Positions 41,534 through 51,707 are shown, numbered from the stretch's first letter. The stretch is DNA of 64,000 bases from a bacterium (GCA_031441465.1 JANOEP010000011.1:74557-138556); one strand, 5' to 3'. Made by a program: numbers and translations. Notes: generated by a model not told the origin, from the sequence alone.

Positions 41534-42666
41534 TCGCGGTCGATGTCACCATCGTCGGCGGCGGCATCGTCGGCTGCGCGGTGGCCGACGCCGCGGCCCG
41601 TCCCGGCCGGTCGGTCGTGCTGCTGGAAAAGGAAGCGCGCCTGGGCGCCGGCACGACCTCGCGCAACAGCGAAGTGGGCCACGGCGGCATGTACTACCCG
41701 ACGGGTTCTTTGAAGGCCCGCTGTTGCGTCCGCGGGCGACGGCTGCTGCGCGAGTTCTGCCTCGGGGCGGGTGTCGGCTGGCGCGACGCGGGCAAGCTCA
41801 TCGTGGCCTGCGACGAGGCCGAAGCGCCCGGCCTGGAGCGGCTGCACGCTCTGGGGGCCGCCAACGGCGTCGAAGACCTCGCCCTGCTGGGCCGCGATGA
41901 AGTGCGCCGCCTCGAACCGCAGATCCGCGCCGCGGCGGCCCTGCACTCGCCGCGCACCGCGATCCTCGACGCCGAGGGCGCGGCCCGAGCTCTGGGGTCG
42001 CGCGCCGCCGGCCGTGGCGCCGAGGTGATGACCGGCGCCGAGGTCACGGGCCTCGCGCGGCGCGGGGGCGTCTGGGAAGTGTCGGCCCGCCGCGGCGCCG
42101 AGACCTGGACCCACGCGAGCCGGCAGGTCGTCAACTGCGCGGGGCTGCACGCCGACGAGGTCGCCGCGCTGGCCGGGGTGGACGTCGCCGGCCTCGGCCT
42201 GCGCCAGCGCTGGGTCAAGGGCAACTACTTCGCGGTGGACCCCCGCCACGCCGGGCGCGTGTCCCGCCTGGTCTACCCGGTGCCGCCGCTGGACCGCGAC
42301 ACGCTGGGCGTGCACGTCTGCCTGGACCTGGCCGGCCAGATGCGCCTGGGTCCCGACTTCGAGACCGTGCCGCGATGCGAGGACTACGGCGTCGATCCCG
42401 CCCGCGCCGCCGCCTTCTACACGGGCGCCGCGCGCTTCCTGCCCTGGCTCGAGCCGCAGGACCTGCAGCCGGCGCTCAGCGGCCTGCGCCCCAAGCTCGA
42501 CACCGACGCCCCCTTCGCCGACTTCCAGGTGCGCCGCGAAGCTGGTGACCTCGATGGCCTGATCAACCTGATCGGGATCGATTCGCCGGGGCTGACCTCG
42601 GCGCCCGCGCTGGCGGAGATCGTCGCCGCCCTGCTGGACGGGCGCGACGCGCGGGTGGCATCGTGA
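41530..42666 (+). CDS. FAD-dependent oxidoreductase (L-2-hydroxyglutarate oxidase-like)
   Basis: GGGIVG, TTSRNSEV.HGG, NCAGLHAD, GLRPK, SPGLTSA. Confidence 0.87.
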   Translation: MIAVDVTIVGGGIVGCAVADAAARPGRSVVLLEKEARLGAGTTSRNSEVGHGGMYYPTGSLKARCCVRGRRLLREFCLGAGVGWRDAGKLIVACDEAEAPGLERLHALGAANGVEDLALLGRDEVRRLEPQIRAAAALHSPRTAILDAEGAARALGSRAAGRGAEVMTGAEVTGLARRGGVWEVSARRGAETWTHASRQVVNCAGLHADEVAALAGVDVAGLGLRQRWVKGNYFAVDPRHAGRVSRLVYPVPPLDRDTLGVHVCLDLAGQMRLGPDFETVPRCEDYGVDPARAAAFYTGAARFLPWLEPQDLQPALSGLRPKLDTDAPFADFQVRREAGDLDGLINLIGIDSPGLTSAPALAEIVAALLDGRDARVAS

Positions 42667-43454
42667 CCGCCGCGGCCGTCGCGATCGTGCTGCTGCTGCT
42701 GGCCGGCTGGGCCGCGGCCCGCGCCCTGCGCGCCGCCGGCGAATGGCGCACGGCACCGCGCGGCCGGCGTCCCTTCGCCGCGACGGGCGCGCATTACCGC
42801 CGTTGCTACGACCGGCGCGGGTTCCTGATCCTGGGCGGGGTGGCGCTGGCCGCCTTCATCATGGCGCACACGGGGATCGACGAGGCGATCGACCGGGCCC
42901 ACGCGCGCCGCGTCCGCGGCCCGCGCAGCGACGCGGCCGTCGGCATCCTGCGCGGGTTCGGCCGGCGGCCGTGGTTCCTGGTCTGGGGGGCTTTCGGGCT
43001 GCTCGACGGCTTGGTCGCGACGACACCGCTGCTGCGCTGGGGCCGGCGCAACTTCGAGGCCATGGTCGTCGGCCTGCCCGCGCTCTGGTCGCTGCAGTTC
43101 GCGGGCGGCGCCTCGCGCCCCACCGACCCGCCAGGCGATGCGCACTGGCGTCCCTTCCGCGACGACAACACCGCGTCGGGCGACACCTTCGTGGCCGCCG
43201 TGCCCTGGCTCAACGCCGGCCGCACCGTCGACGAACCCTGGTTGCGACGGCTGGCTTGGCTGCTGAGCTGGGGGCCGGGCTGGGGGCGGCTCAACGACCG
43301 CAAACATTACGCGAGCCAGGTGATGTTCGGCCACGAGATCGCCGCGCAGGCGGTCAGGTCGGTCGCCGCCACCGACACCGCCGCCGCCGATTACCGCACG
43401 AGCGTCATCCGCCCGCCGCCGCTGCCGCTGCGAGATTCCACGCGATACAGGTAA
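42663..43454 (+). CDS. PAP2-like membrane protein with degenerate motifs
   Basis: G.SRP, ASGDT, RLNDRKHYASQV; overlaps the convergent gene by 64 bp. Confidence 0.65.
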   Translation: MTAAAVAIVLLLLAGWAAARALRAAGEWRTAPRGRRPFAATGAHYRRCYDRRGFLILGGVALAAFIMAHTGIDEAIDRAHARRVRGPRSDAAVGILRGFGRRPWFLVWGAFGLLDGLVATTPLLRWGRRNFEAMVVGLPALWSLQFAGGASRPTDPPGDAHWRPFRDDNTASGDTFVAAVPWLNAGRTVDEPWLRRLAWLLSWGPGWGRLNDRKHYASQVMFGHEIAAQAVRSVAATDTAAADYRTSVIRPPPLPLRDSTRYR

Positions 43455-44617
43455 ACACCCGAGGGCAGCGCCGCACCCGCGGCGTCCCGCCCCTCCCAGA
43501 GCACGGTCTGCGCACCGGTCGGGGCATTCCAGTCGCGCGACCAGATCGCGCGGCCGGCGAGGTCGTGCACGGTCAGGCGCACCGCTCCGGGCTCTGCGAC
43601 CGCGAAGCGGATGGTGGTCGCCGGATTGAACGGGTTCGGGTAGTTGTCGACCGCCAGCAGCAGGGGCGCGTCGGGCACGGGGGTGCCCTGCTCGTCCATG
43701 TCCCAGATCGTGCCGTTGACGGTGTAGGTGACGAAGCCCGTCGTCGCGACGACGATGTGGCCGTTGGCGATCGTGCGCATGCCGGCGGGGTAGGTGGAGG
43801 TGGAGCCTTGGGCGGTCTGGTAGACGTAGGCGCCGGCGGCGGACAGGCGATTCAGCGCGTCCTGGCTCGGGTGGCCGTAGCTGCTGCTGGTCGGCACCGA
43901 GATGATCGCGACCTCGGGCGTCGTCGAATTCAGGAAAGAGGTGTTGCTGCTGGTGAACGAACCGTGGTGGTTGACGTGGAGGACCTCGATGTCGCCGGCC
44001 TCGAGGCCGACCGACGTCTCGACGTCCTGCTCGCTGCTGTAGCCGCCGGTCAGATCGCCCGCGACCAGGAAATCGAAATCCCCGCTCTGGATCAGCAGGG
44101 CCATGCAGTAGGCGTTTTCCTGGGTCGAACTGGTGAAGGGCGACGGCAGCGTGCCGTTGCCGTTCAACGCGATGACCGTGGCGGTCACGCCGTCGCCCAG
44201 GTCGATCACTTGGCCGTCGACCGCGGTGTGCCGCTTGGCGGCCACCGCGTTGGCGTACGAGGTGTAGGTGGCGGTGGTGTAGGTCCAGCCCCGGTCGTAG
44301 ACCGCCTGGGCGACGCCGACCGCGTTGTAGACCTCGTCGAGGCCGCCGATGTGGTCCTCGTGGTAGTGGCTGGCGGCCATGTAGTCGAGGGTCGTGATGC
44401 CGTGGCTCTGCAGGTAGGGGACGATCACGCTGTTGCCATCGCCGTTCTCGCCGCCGTCGAACAGCAGGGTCTTGCCGCTGGAGGAGACGATGAGCGTGGC
44501 GTCGGCCTGCCCGACGAAGAGGCAGTGGATCGTCACCCCGGCCAAGGCCGGCAAGGCGGATAGGCTCACAAGCAGGGCGGTCACCCAAACCCGCGTCCGG
44601 ATGCTCTGGGAGGTCAT
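43391..44617 (-). CDS. Secreted ComEC/Rec2-like metallo-beta-lactamase-fold hydrolase with FlgD-Ig/T9SS-like tail
   Basis: VGQADA, SHYHEDHIGG, GDL, NHHGS, YGHP; tail NYPNPFNP..DLAGR..SGVYLYR. Confidence 0.88.
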   Translation of the reverse strand: MTSQSIRTRVWVTALLVSLSALPALAGVTIHCLFVGQADATLIVSSSGKTLLFDGGENGDGNSVIVPYLQSHGITTLDYMAASHYHEDHIGGLDEVYNAVGVAQAVYDRGWTYTTATYTSYANAVAAKRHTAVDGQVIDLGDGVTATVIALNGNGTLPSPFTSSTQENAYCMALLIQSGDFDFLVAGDLTGGYSSEQDVETSVGLEAGDIEVLHVNHHGSFTSSNTSFLNSTTPEVAIISVPTSSSYGHPSQDALNRLSAAGAYVYQTAQGSTSTYPAGMRTIANGHIVVATTGFVTYTVNGTIWDMDEQGTPVPDAPLLLAVDNYPNPFNPATTIRFAVAEPGAVRLTVHDLAGRAIWSRDWNAPTGAQTVLWEGRDAAGAALPSGVYLYRVESRSGSGGGRMTLVR

Positions 44618-44723
44618 CGGGCGGCACCTTTGTTGAAAATGTCCTGCCAGTTGATCCTGGCTCCTCTTAATGATACCAGATTTCGCCGCTTTCCGAAAGC
44701 CGCCCTCTCCGAACTGTCAACAA

Positions 44724-44848
44724 GACCCATCCTTTGTGACAGGGGTGTCCTGCAGGCCCTGAAGCCAGGATGGCGAAAGGGCCGGAAGGCCAAGCGCTCA
44801 GGGCACACGAGGTGCCCTGAGCGCGTCCCCTGTCACAAAGGATGGGTC
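44724..44848. repeat. 125-bp MITE/REPIN-like element with perfect 22-bp terminal inverted repeats
   Basis: GACCCATCCTTTGTGACAGGGG at 44724-44745 and its exact reverse complement at 44827-44848; internal 13-bp stem hairpin at 44794-44824. Confidence 0.75.
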
Positions 44849-46121
44849 AACCCCCTACTTGTTTCTTGATCCAGGTCGTCGTCACCGACTTCGGCCGCTC
44901 GATGGGCGTGGCCATGGCCCGGTTGATGACCAGCTGCGAAGCCATGCCGAGCGCCCGCGAGACGGCGAAGAACACCGTGTAGAAGGAGAACTCCTTGATC
45001 CCGTAGTGGTAGAGCAGGGCGCCCGAGCCCGCGTCCACGTTCGGCCAGATGTTCTTGGCCTTGCCGTGCTGCTGCAGCACGTCGGGCACGACCTCGAACA
45101 CGATGTTGACCGTCTTCATGATCGGGTCGTCCGGGAAGTGCTTCATGCCGAAGTCGCGGAAGCAGGTGAAGCGGGGGTCGGTCACGCGCAGCACGGCGTG
45201 GCCGTAGCCCGGCACGACCTGGCCCGAGTTCAGGGTCTCCCAGGCGAACTTGCGGATGTTCTCGTGGGTCGGCTGGCCCACGGCCTTCTTCAGGTCCAGG
45301 ATCCACTTCAGGCATTCCTGGTTGGCCAGTCCGTGCAGCGGGCCGGCCAGGCCGTTCAGGGCCGCCGACACGCTGTAGTAGGCGTTGCTCAGGGCCGAAC
45401 CCACCAGATGGCAGGTGTGGGCCGAGACGTTGCCGCCCTCGTGGTCGCAATGCAGCACCAGGTACAGGCGCATGCAGTCGGCGAACTCCCCGTTCGGGTC
45501 CTTGACGCCCAGCATGTGCGCGAAGTTCTCGGACCAGGTGAGGCTCTTCTTCGGGGCGATCCGCGGGCCCTTGCGGTAGCGCATGCGGTAGATGCCGGCG
45601 GCGATGGCCGGCAGTTTCGCGATCAGGTCCAGCGAGTCTTCCAGCGTGGGCTTCCAGTAATCCAGCTTGTTCATGCCCTCGTAGTAGGCGTCGCGGAACT
45701 TCGACTCGCGTTCCATGGCCAGGATCGCGGTGTCGAACATGCACATCGGGTGGGAGTCCTTCGGCATCGCCTCCAGCACCCGCCAGACGTAGGCCGGCAC
45801 GCGGGCGCGCTCGGCCAGGTCCTGCTGCAGGGCCCGGGTGTCGCGGGACGACGGCATCTCGCCGGTGCACAGCAGGTAGAAGACGTCCTCGGGGGTGCGG
45901 TCGGCCAGCTCGGCGATCGGAGTGCCGCGGATCAACAGGCCCACGTCGGGCGGCACCTCGCTGGTGTCGCAGACCATGCCCTTCACGCCGCGCATGCCGC
46001 CGTAGGCCTGGGCGACCGTCACGTCGCTGATCTTCGTATCGCCGTGGGTCTGCACGAGGGTGCGGATTTCCTGGCGCCACTCGGGGATGAGCTGGGCCAT
46101 GCGCGTCTGGAGCTTAGCCAT
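44847..46121 (-). CDS. gltA: Citrate synthase, eukaryotic type
   Basis: YGGMRG, DHEGGNVSAH, NGLAGPLHGLANQE, VPGYGHAVLR, WPNVD, ERPKS. Confidence 0.94.
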   Translation of the reverse strand: MAKLQTRMAQLIPEWRQEIRTLVQTHGDTKISDVTVAQAYGGMRGVKGMVCDTSEVPPDVGLLIRGTPIAELADRTPEDVFYLLCTGEMPSSRDTRALQQDLAERARVPAYVWRVLEAMPKDSHPMCMFDTAILAMERESKFRDAYYEGMNKLDYWKPTLEDSLDLIAKLPAIAAGIYRMRYRKGPRIAPKKSLTWSENFAHMLGVKDPNGEFADCMRLYLVLHCDHEGGNVSAHTCHLVGSALSNAYYSVSAALNGLAGPLHGLANQECLKWILDLKKAVGQPTHENIRKFAWETLNSGQVVPGYGHAVLRVTDPRFTCFRDFGMKHFPDDPIMKTVNIVFEVVPDVLQQHGKAKNIWPNVDAGSGALLYHYGIKEFSFYTVFFAVSRALGMASQLVINRAMATPIERPKSVTTTWIKKQVGG

Positions 46122-46342
46122 GGGGGCCTCCTTGGTCGGTCGGGACTCGGCGCAAAGCGGAGTCCGCTACTCGTATAATGCATGCGGATCTGCAACGCTC
46201 TGCGACGAAACATAATCGCAACGGCGCGACAAATTCAAGGGGCATCGCGTTTGTCATTCCAGGGAGCAGCGATTACCATTGTGGGGGCGTCTGTCTGGGA
46301 CGCCGAACATCCCCCGGGAAGAGCCGATCTGGAGGCAGGTAC

Positions 46343-46876
46343 ATGAGCGACGTGACCAAGTGCATCGAGATCCTCGGCGACGCCATCGCTTTCGAGGAAG
46401 AGGGTATCCGCTTCTTCACCGAGCACGCCGAGTCGGCCGGCTCGACGATCGAGCGCAAGATCTTCCAGTCCCTCGCCAAGGATGAGCAGGGCCACCGCGC
46501 CTACCTGATCGGCCTGCGCGACGAATTGATCCGCACGCACAACCTGTCGCCGTTGAGCGCCGGGACGGACCACCACCACGACCGCTCGCCCCGCCAGATC
46601 TTCGAGACCGCCCTCGAGGGGGTCAAGGACCCCTACAAGTACGTGGAAGAGGACCTCGAGATCCTCAAGGGGGCCATGGAGGTCGAGCGCAAGGGCTACA
46701 CGATGTACGCCAAGGCCGCCGCGACGGTGGAAACCGCCGAGGCCAAGGGCCTGTTCGAGCATCTGGCCCTCGAGGAGCAGAACCACTACGACCTGCTGAA
46801 GAACACCTACGAATACATCCGCGACCCGCAGGGGTGGCACGAGTACGAAGAAGGCGGCATGCTCGACGGCGGTTAG
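46343..46876 (+). CDS. Rubrerythrin/ferritin-like diiron protein
   Basis: Duplicated E..Y/F..ExxH motifs (DEQGH, EEQNH). Confidence 0.87.
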   Translation: MSDVTKCIEILGDAIAFEEEGIRFFTEHAESAGSTIERKIFQSLAKDEQGHRAYLIGLRDELIRTHNLSPLSAGTDHHHDRSPRQIFETALEGVKDPYKYVEEDLEILKGAMEVERKGYTMYAKAAATVETAEAKGLFEHLALEEQNHYDLLKNTYEYIRDPQGWHEYEEGGMLDGG

Positions 46877-46958
46877 ACCGCCGCGCGCGCACGCCCCGCA
46901 AGGACCAGCGGCCGCTCCGCCACGCCGGCGGGGCGGCCGCGTCTCGAAGGAGACGCCG

Positions 46959-48002
46959 ATGACCGACCGTGCCGCCGCCCGCGACCTCTTCCGCGGCATC
47001 ACCGCCCTGGCGCCGATGGCCACCGGCGGCAACCTGCCCTACCGCCGCCTGTGCAAGCAGTTCGGAGCGGACACGACCTGCTGCGAGATGCTGCTCGCGC
47101 ACAAGCTGGTCAAGGCCAGCCGCCTCGAAGTCGCCCTGATGCGGCGCCACGCCGAGGAGGGGCCTTTCGGCATCCAGATCGCCGGCAGCAAGCCCGAACT
47201 CATGGCCGAGGCTGCGCGCATCGCCCAGGGAGCCGGCGCCGACTACCTGGACCTGAACTTCGGCTGCCCGATCGACCTGATGGTCCGCAAGGGGATCGGC
47301 GCGGCGGCGTTGCAGCGGCCCACCCGTCTGGCCGCCATGGTGGCGGCCGCGCGCGCGGCCGTCGAGTTGCCGCTGCTGGTCAAGCTGCGTCTCGGCTGGT
47401 CGGAGCAGAAGATCAACGCCCCGGAGCTGGCCCGGCTGGCCGAGGCCGAAGGCGCCGACGTCCTGGTCGTCCACGGGCGCACGCGCGAGCAACGGTACCG
47501 CCGCGACGCGGACTGGGACGCGATCGCCGAGACCGCCCGCGCCGTCACGATCCCGGTGCTCGGCAACGGCGACATCCTGACGGTCTGGGACCGCGACCGG
47601 CGTCTCGCGCAGGCGCCCGTGGCCGGCGTGGTCGTGGCGCGCGGCGCGTTGATCAAGCCCTGGGTCTTCCGGGAACTGAAGGAGGGGCGGGCGTGGTACC
47701 CCACCGTCGCCGAGCGCTGGGCGGTGATGGCGCGTTACGTCGCGCTCGCGAAGGAGCACTTCGGCGACGACGAGAAGGGCCTGGCCCGGGTCGAGCGCTT
47801 CACGCTCTGGCACCTGGCGTTCTGGAACCGCTACCGGCCCTTCACGCAGGCGGACTTCCTCGCCGAAGAGACATCGCTGATCCAGCGCCGCGTCGACTGG
47901 CCCGGGGACGATCCCGAGGAGTTGCTGCTCGCGAGCGAGCAGGAGCTGGACCACCGGCGGATCTGGGCGCGCCTGCTTGACAGCGACCACCCGGGCGTCT
48001 AA
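46959..48002 (+). CDS. tRNA-dihydrouridine synthase family protein
   Basis: LAPM, DLNFGCP, KLRLG, VHGRTREQRY, GNGD, ARGALIKPW. Confidence 0.92.
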   Translation: MTDRAAARDLFRGITALAPMATGGNLPYRRLCKQFGADTTCCEMLLAHKLVKASRLEVALMRRHAEEGPFGIQIAGSKPELMAEAARIAQGAGADYLDLNFGCPIDLMVRKGIGAAALQRPTRLAAMVAAARAAVELPLLVKLRLGWSEQKINAPELARLAEAEGADVLVVHGRTREQRYRRDADWDAIAETARAVTIPVLGNGDILTVWDRDRRLAQAPVAGVVVARGALIKPWVFRELKEGRAWYPTVAERWAVMARYVALAKEHFGDDEKGLARVERFTLWHLAFWNRYRPFTQADFLAEETSLIQRRVDWPGDDPEELLLASEQELDHRRIWARLLDSDHPGV

Positions 48003-48029
48003 GCTACGCGTGCGGCTGTTTCGCGGCCG

Positions 48030-48190
48030 CGGACATCGTTCATGTTCCGGTGATCACCCGGAAGCCGGTGCGAATCCGGCGCGGCCCCGCCACTGTGAGC
48101 GGCGACGAAACCCGTAAGAAGCCACTGGTCCTCGCGACCGGGAAGGCACGGGGAGTAGGACGACCCGCGAGCCAGGAGACCGATCCCCGG
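48030..48190 (+). ncRNA. Cobalamin riboswitch (approximate bounds)
   Basis: GGAAgccGGTGcgAAtCC..GCCCcGCcACTGT, AAGCCACTG, GGGAAGG, AGCCAGGAGACC; lies upstream of a TonB receptor and pduO. Confidence 0.92.
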
Positions 48191-48227
48191 ACCCTCTGCC
48201 ATCACCCTCGCGGGAGGAGTTCGTGGC

Positions 48228-50303
48228 ATGCTCCGCTGGACCTGTGCGTCCCTGCTTGTCGTTTGTCTGGTTTGCCGGCTCGCCGCCTCGGTCGCGGCGC
48301 AGCCGATGGCGGGCGAGGCCGGTTTCCCGGCTGCCGCTCTCGTCTCTTCTGTCGCCTTCGACCTGGCCGACCCCGAATTCCTGGCCCACACCGACACCAT
48401 CACGGTCTACGGGCTGGCGGTCTCCGCCTCCCCGTTTCCCGTCGGCGACGCCACGGTCACCGTCGTGGATCTGGACGCCCCGGGTGCGCCCGGCGACCTG
48501 GCCGACCTGCTGGCCGGGGTCGCGGGGCTGCAGGTGCGGCGTTACGGGGGACTGGGCGCCGAAGCCGTGCCCACGATTCGCGGCTCGACGTCGGCGCAGA
48601 TCCAGGTGCTGGTCGACGGGCTGCCCCTGGCCGACGCCCAGGACGGCGGCGTCGATCTCTCCCACCTGCCGCTCGCGCGCTACGCGACCGCCGAGATCTA
48701 CCGCGGCTACGTGCCCGCCCGTTTCGGGGGCGGGGGAGGCGCGGGCGCCGTCAACTTCGTGACCCGCCGCGGCGCCGCCGGGAGCAGCCTGCGGCTCGGC
48801 GCCGGCTCCTTCGGCGAGGCCTCGGCACGCTGGGAACATGTCTTGGGCCTGCGCGCAGGGGCCGTCGAACTGGGTCTGCTGCTGCACGCGCGCCGCACCG
48901 ACAACGGCTTCGGCTACCGCGACCACAACCAGACCTTCGCCAACCCCGACGACGACCGCGACGCGCAGCGCCGCAACGCCGGCTGGCACGAGCACGGCGG
49001 GACCTTGTCCGGCAGCTGGTACGGACCGGACCTGCTCGCCCGCTGGCGGCTCAACGCCCTGCGGCGCGAAGGCGGCCGGCCGGGTCCGGTCGGCGGGTTC
49101 GAAAGCCCGCACGCGGCGCTGCGCCGCGACGGCAGCGACCTGCGCCTGACCCTGTCCGACCTGCCGGAGCGCCTGGCGCTCGACCTCTTCGTCGGGCGCG
49201 AGGACGAGCGCCTCGATGACCGGCTGCGCGAGGTCGGCTGGGACCCCGCAGGCGTGACGACGTCCCGCAGCGAGCAGGCTTTCGGCCGACTCAGCTGGCG
49301 CGGATCACAGCAGGCGGGCACGGGCGCGGAGCTTCGCTGGCGAGTGAGCGCCGACGGCCGGCGTCAGTGGTACGACGAGGCGGTCCCCGGCCTGGACGAC
49401 CCCCTGCGCACGCGCACGACCTTGACCGGGGCGGCCATGCTGGAGGCCTACTTCCCCGCGCCGCGGTTGACCCTGCGGCCCCAGTGGCGTTGGAGCCGGC
49501 TGGAGGACGACTTCCCGGCCCTGCCGGCCCTGCCCTGGCTGCCGCCGCCCCCGCTGACCGCGCCCCACGTCCAACGGGATGCGGAGCCCATGTTCGGTGT
49601 GACCTGGGAGGCGAAGCCCGGCACGCTCTTCTTCGAGGGGCATGTCGGCTCTTCCCTGCGCGAACCGTCCTGGGTGGAACTCTTCGGGCAACGCGGCGGC
49701 GTGCAGGGCAACCGGGAACTGGTGCCCGAGCAGATCCGCAGCCGCGATCTTTCCGCGCAGTTGCGTCCGAACCCCGACCTGCACCTGCGCCTGGCCTGGT
49801 TCCACACCGAAGTGGACCGGGCCATCCTCTGGCGCACGACCTCGCAGTACACCAGCCAGGCGTTCAACGCCGGCGCCACTTCCGCCTCGGGCGTCGAACT
49901 GGAAGTCGCGCTCGGCCGTTCGCGGGGCCCGCGACTGCAGGGCAACCTGACGGCCCAGGACACCCGCGACCGCGGCGAGGATCCCGTCTACCAGGGCAAG
50001 GATCTGCCCTACCTGCCCGAGTTCGAGGCCGCGCTGGACGCTTCCTTGCCGCTGGGTGCCTGGCGGCTGGGGCTGAACTGGCAGCACCAGGCCGCGGCCT
50101 ACCGCGACCGCTACACCGCCGCCGCCGACCGCATCCCCGTGCGCACGCTCTGGAACGTGTCGGTGGCGCACGACTGGCGGCGGGCGGGACGCGCGCTGAC
50201 CGCGTCGTTGGAGATCGTCAATCTGACCGACGCCGACGTCTACGATGTCGCCGGTTTTCCCCTGCCGGGCCGCAGCTTCCGTGCGGGCCTCAACCTCGAC
50301 TGA
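48228..50303 (+). CDS. TonB-dependent receptor (BtuB-like)
   Basis: Plug motifs (GLQVRRYGG, IRGS..VLVDG, EIYRG), NLTD..PGRSF tail; follows the B12 riboswitch. Confidence 0.88.
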   Translation: MLRWTCASLLVVCLVCRLAASVAAQPMAGEAGFPAAALVSSVAFDLADPEFLAHTDTITVYGLAVSASPFPVGDATVTVVDLDAPGAPGDLADLLAGVAGLQVRRYGGLGAEAVPTIRGSTSAQIQVLVDGLPLADAQDGGVDLSHLPLARYATAEIYRGYVPARFGGGGGAGAVNFVTRRGAAGSSLRLGAGSFGEASARWEHVLGLRAGAVELGLLLHARRTDNGFGYRDHNQTFANPDDDRDAQRRNAGWHEHGGTLSGSWYGPDLLARWRLNALRREGGRPGPVGGFESPHAALRRDGSDLRLTLSDLPERLALDLFVGREDERLDDRLREVGWDPAGVTTSRSEQAFGRLSWRGSQQAGTGAELRWRVSADGRRQWYDEAVPGLDDPLRTRTTLTGAAMLEAYFPAPRLTLRPQWRWSRLEDDFPALPALPWLPPPPLTAPHVQRDAEPMFGVTWEAKPGTLFFEGHVGSSLREPSWVELFGQRGGVQGNRELVPEQIRSRDLSAQLRPNPDLHLRLAWFHTEVDRAILWRTTSQYTSQAFNAGATSASGVELEVALGRSRGPRLQGNLTAQDTRDRGEDPVYQGKDLPYLPEFEAALDASLPLGAWRLGLNWQHQAAAYRDRYTAAADRIPVRTLWNVSVAHDWRRAGRALTASLEIVNLTDADVYDVAGFPLPGRSFRAGLNLD

Positions 50304-50318
50304 CAAGGAGCCACCGCC

Positions 50319-51707
50319 ATGCGCCGCGCCCTCACCCTCGCCGTCCTGCCCCTGGTCTGCGCCCTGGCCGCGCCCGCCGCCGCCTGGGACGAGTTCATCG
50401 TGCTGACCACCGACTTCGCGACCTTCGGCGGCGTCACGCGCGTGGACCGCGACGCCCCGTGGTCGGCCGAGGTCGACGCGGCGACCATCTCGTCCGACGC
50501 CGTGGGCCGCTGGCACGACGGCCGCTACTTCGTCGTCAACCGCAGCGCGTCCAACATCCAGGTCCTCGACCCCGCGCAGGGCATGGCCACCGTCCTGCAG
50601 TTCAGTGTCGGGGTCGGCCGCAATCCCCAGGACATCGCATTTTCGCCGGACGGACGCGCCTTCGTCTCCTGCTACGACGAGGCCCTGCTGCTGGAAGTGG
50701 ACCCCGTCGTCGGCGGCGTGGTCGGGTCGTGGTCGACCGCCGGCTTCGCCGACGCCGACGGCCTGCCCGAGACCGGTTGGATGCTGGCGGTGGGCGATCG
50801 CCTGTTCATCGCCTGCCAGCGCCTGGACCGCGACCACTGGTGGGGTCCGGTGGGACCGGGGCGGCTGCTCGTCTTCGACATGGCGACCGCCTCGTGGGAC
50901 GCCCCCGTCGTGCTGACGGGAGCCAACCCGTCGCCGCCGCCGTCGCTGTCGTACGACGGCACGCACCTGCTGGTGCCGACGGTGGGTTGGTACGGCCTGC
51001 TGGACGCCGGCCTCGAGACTGTCGACCTGGCGATCCTCGGCAGCAGCGGCCTGCTGGTCACCGAGCAGAGCCTCGGCGGCGAGATCGTCGACGCCGTCTC
51101 GACCGGACCGGGGCGCGCCTGGGCGATCGTGGGCGACACGTCCTTCCACACGAAATTGAAGACCTTCGATCCCGACGGCGGCGGCACGCCCGTGACTGTT
51201 GCATCCTCGAACGGCTACGACTTCGCGGACCTCGCCTGGGACGGCGCGGACCTGATCTACCTCTGCGACCGCACGACCGGGGCCGCCGGCCTGCGCGTCT
51301 TCGACCAGTCGTCGGGCGCCGAGCTGACCACGAGCCGGATCGCCACCGGCCGGCCGCCATTCCAGGCCGTCCTGCCCCTGGAGGCCGGCTCGACCGCGGC
51401 TCCCGTCCTGCCTCTGGCCGGCGGAGCCGTGCTGGGCGCGCCCTGGCCGAACCCGGCCAACCCGCGCACCACCTTCGTCGCCGAGACCGCCCCCGGCGAT
51501 GTTGTCGCCTTCGCGGTGCTGGACCTGCGCGGCCGGCGCCTGCGCGGGGAGCGCCGTACGGCCGGCGCCAACGGCCGCGCCGTCTGGGAATTCGACGGCT
51601 GCGACCGCGACGGGCGGCCCCTGCCCTCGGGCGTCTACCAAGCATCCGCGACCGGCGCGAGCAGCCCGGGCGTCGGCGACGCGCGCCTGTTCACCCTGGC
51701 GCGCTGA
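50319..51707 (+). CDS. YncE/BtuG-like beta-propeller with FlgD-Ig/T9SS-like tail
   Basis: Signal peptide, blade-like repeats (YFVVNR, NPQDIAF, AFVSCY); tail WPNPANP..DLRGR..SGVY. Confidence 0.75.
   Translation: MRRALTLAVLPLVCALAAPAAAWDEFIVLTTDFATFGGVTRVDRDAPWSAEVDAATISSDAVGRWHDGRYFVVNRSASNIQVLDPAQGMATVLQFSVGVGRNPQDIAFSPDGRAFVSCYDEALLLEVDPVVGGVVGSWSTAGFADADGLPETGWMLAVGDRLFIACQRLDRDHWWGPVGPGRLLVFDMATASWDAPVVLTGANPSPPPSLSYDGTHLLVPTVGWYGLLDAGLETVDLAILGSSGLLVTEQSLGGEIVDAVSTGPGRAWAIVGDTSFHTKLKTFDPDGGGTPVTVASSNGYDFADLAWDGADLIYLCDRTTGAAGLRVFDQSSGAELTTSRIATGRPPFQAVLPLEAGSTAAPVLPLAGGAVLGAPWPNPANPRTTFVAETAPGDVVAFAVLDLRGRRLRGERRTAGANGRAVWEFDGCDRDGRPLPSGVYQASATGASSPGVGDARLFTLAR

Noticed and set aside
46174..46179. 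Perfect TATAAT upstream of the rubrerythrin-like gene
   Set aside because: No recognisable -35 at the expected spacing; too weak to call a promoter.
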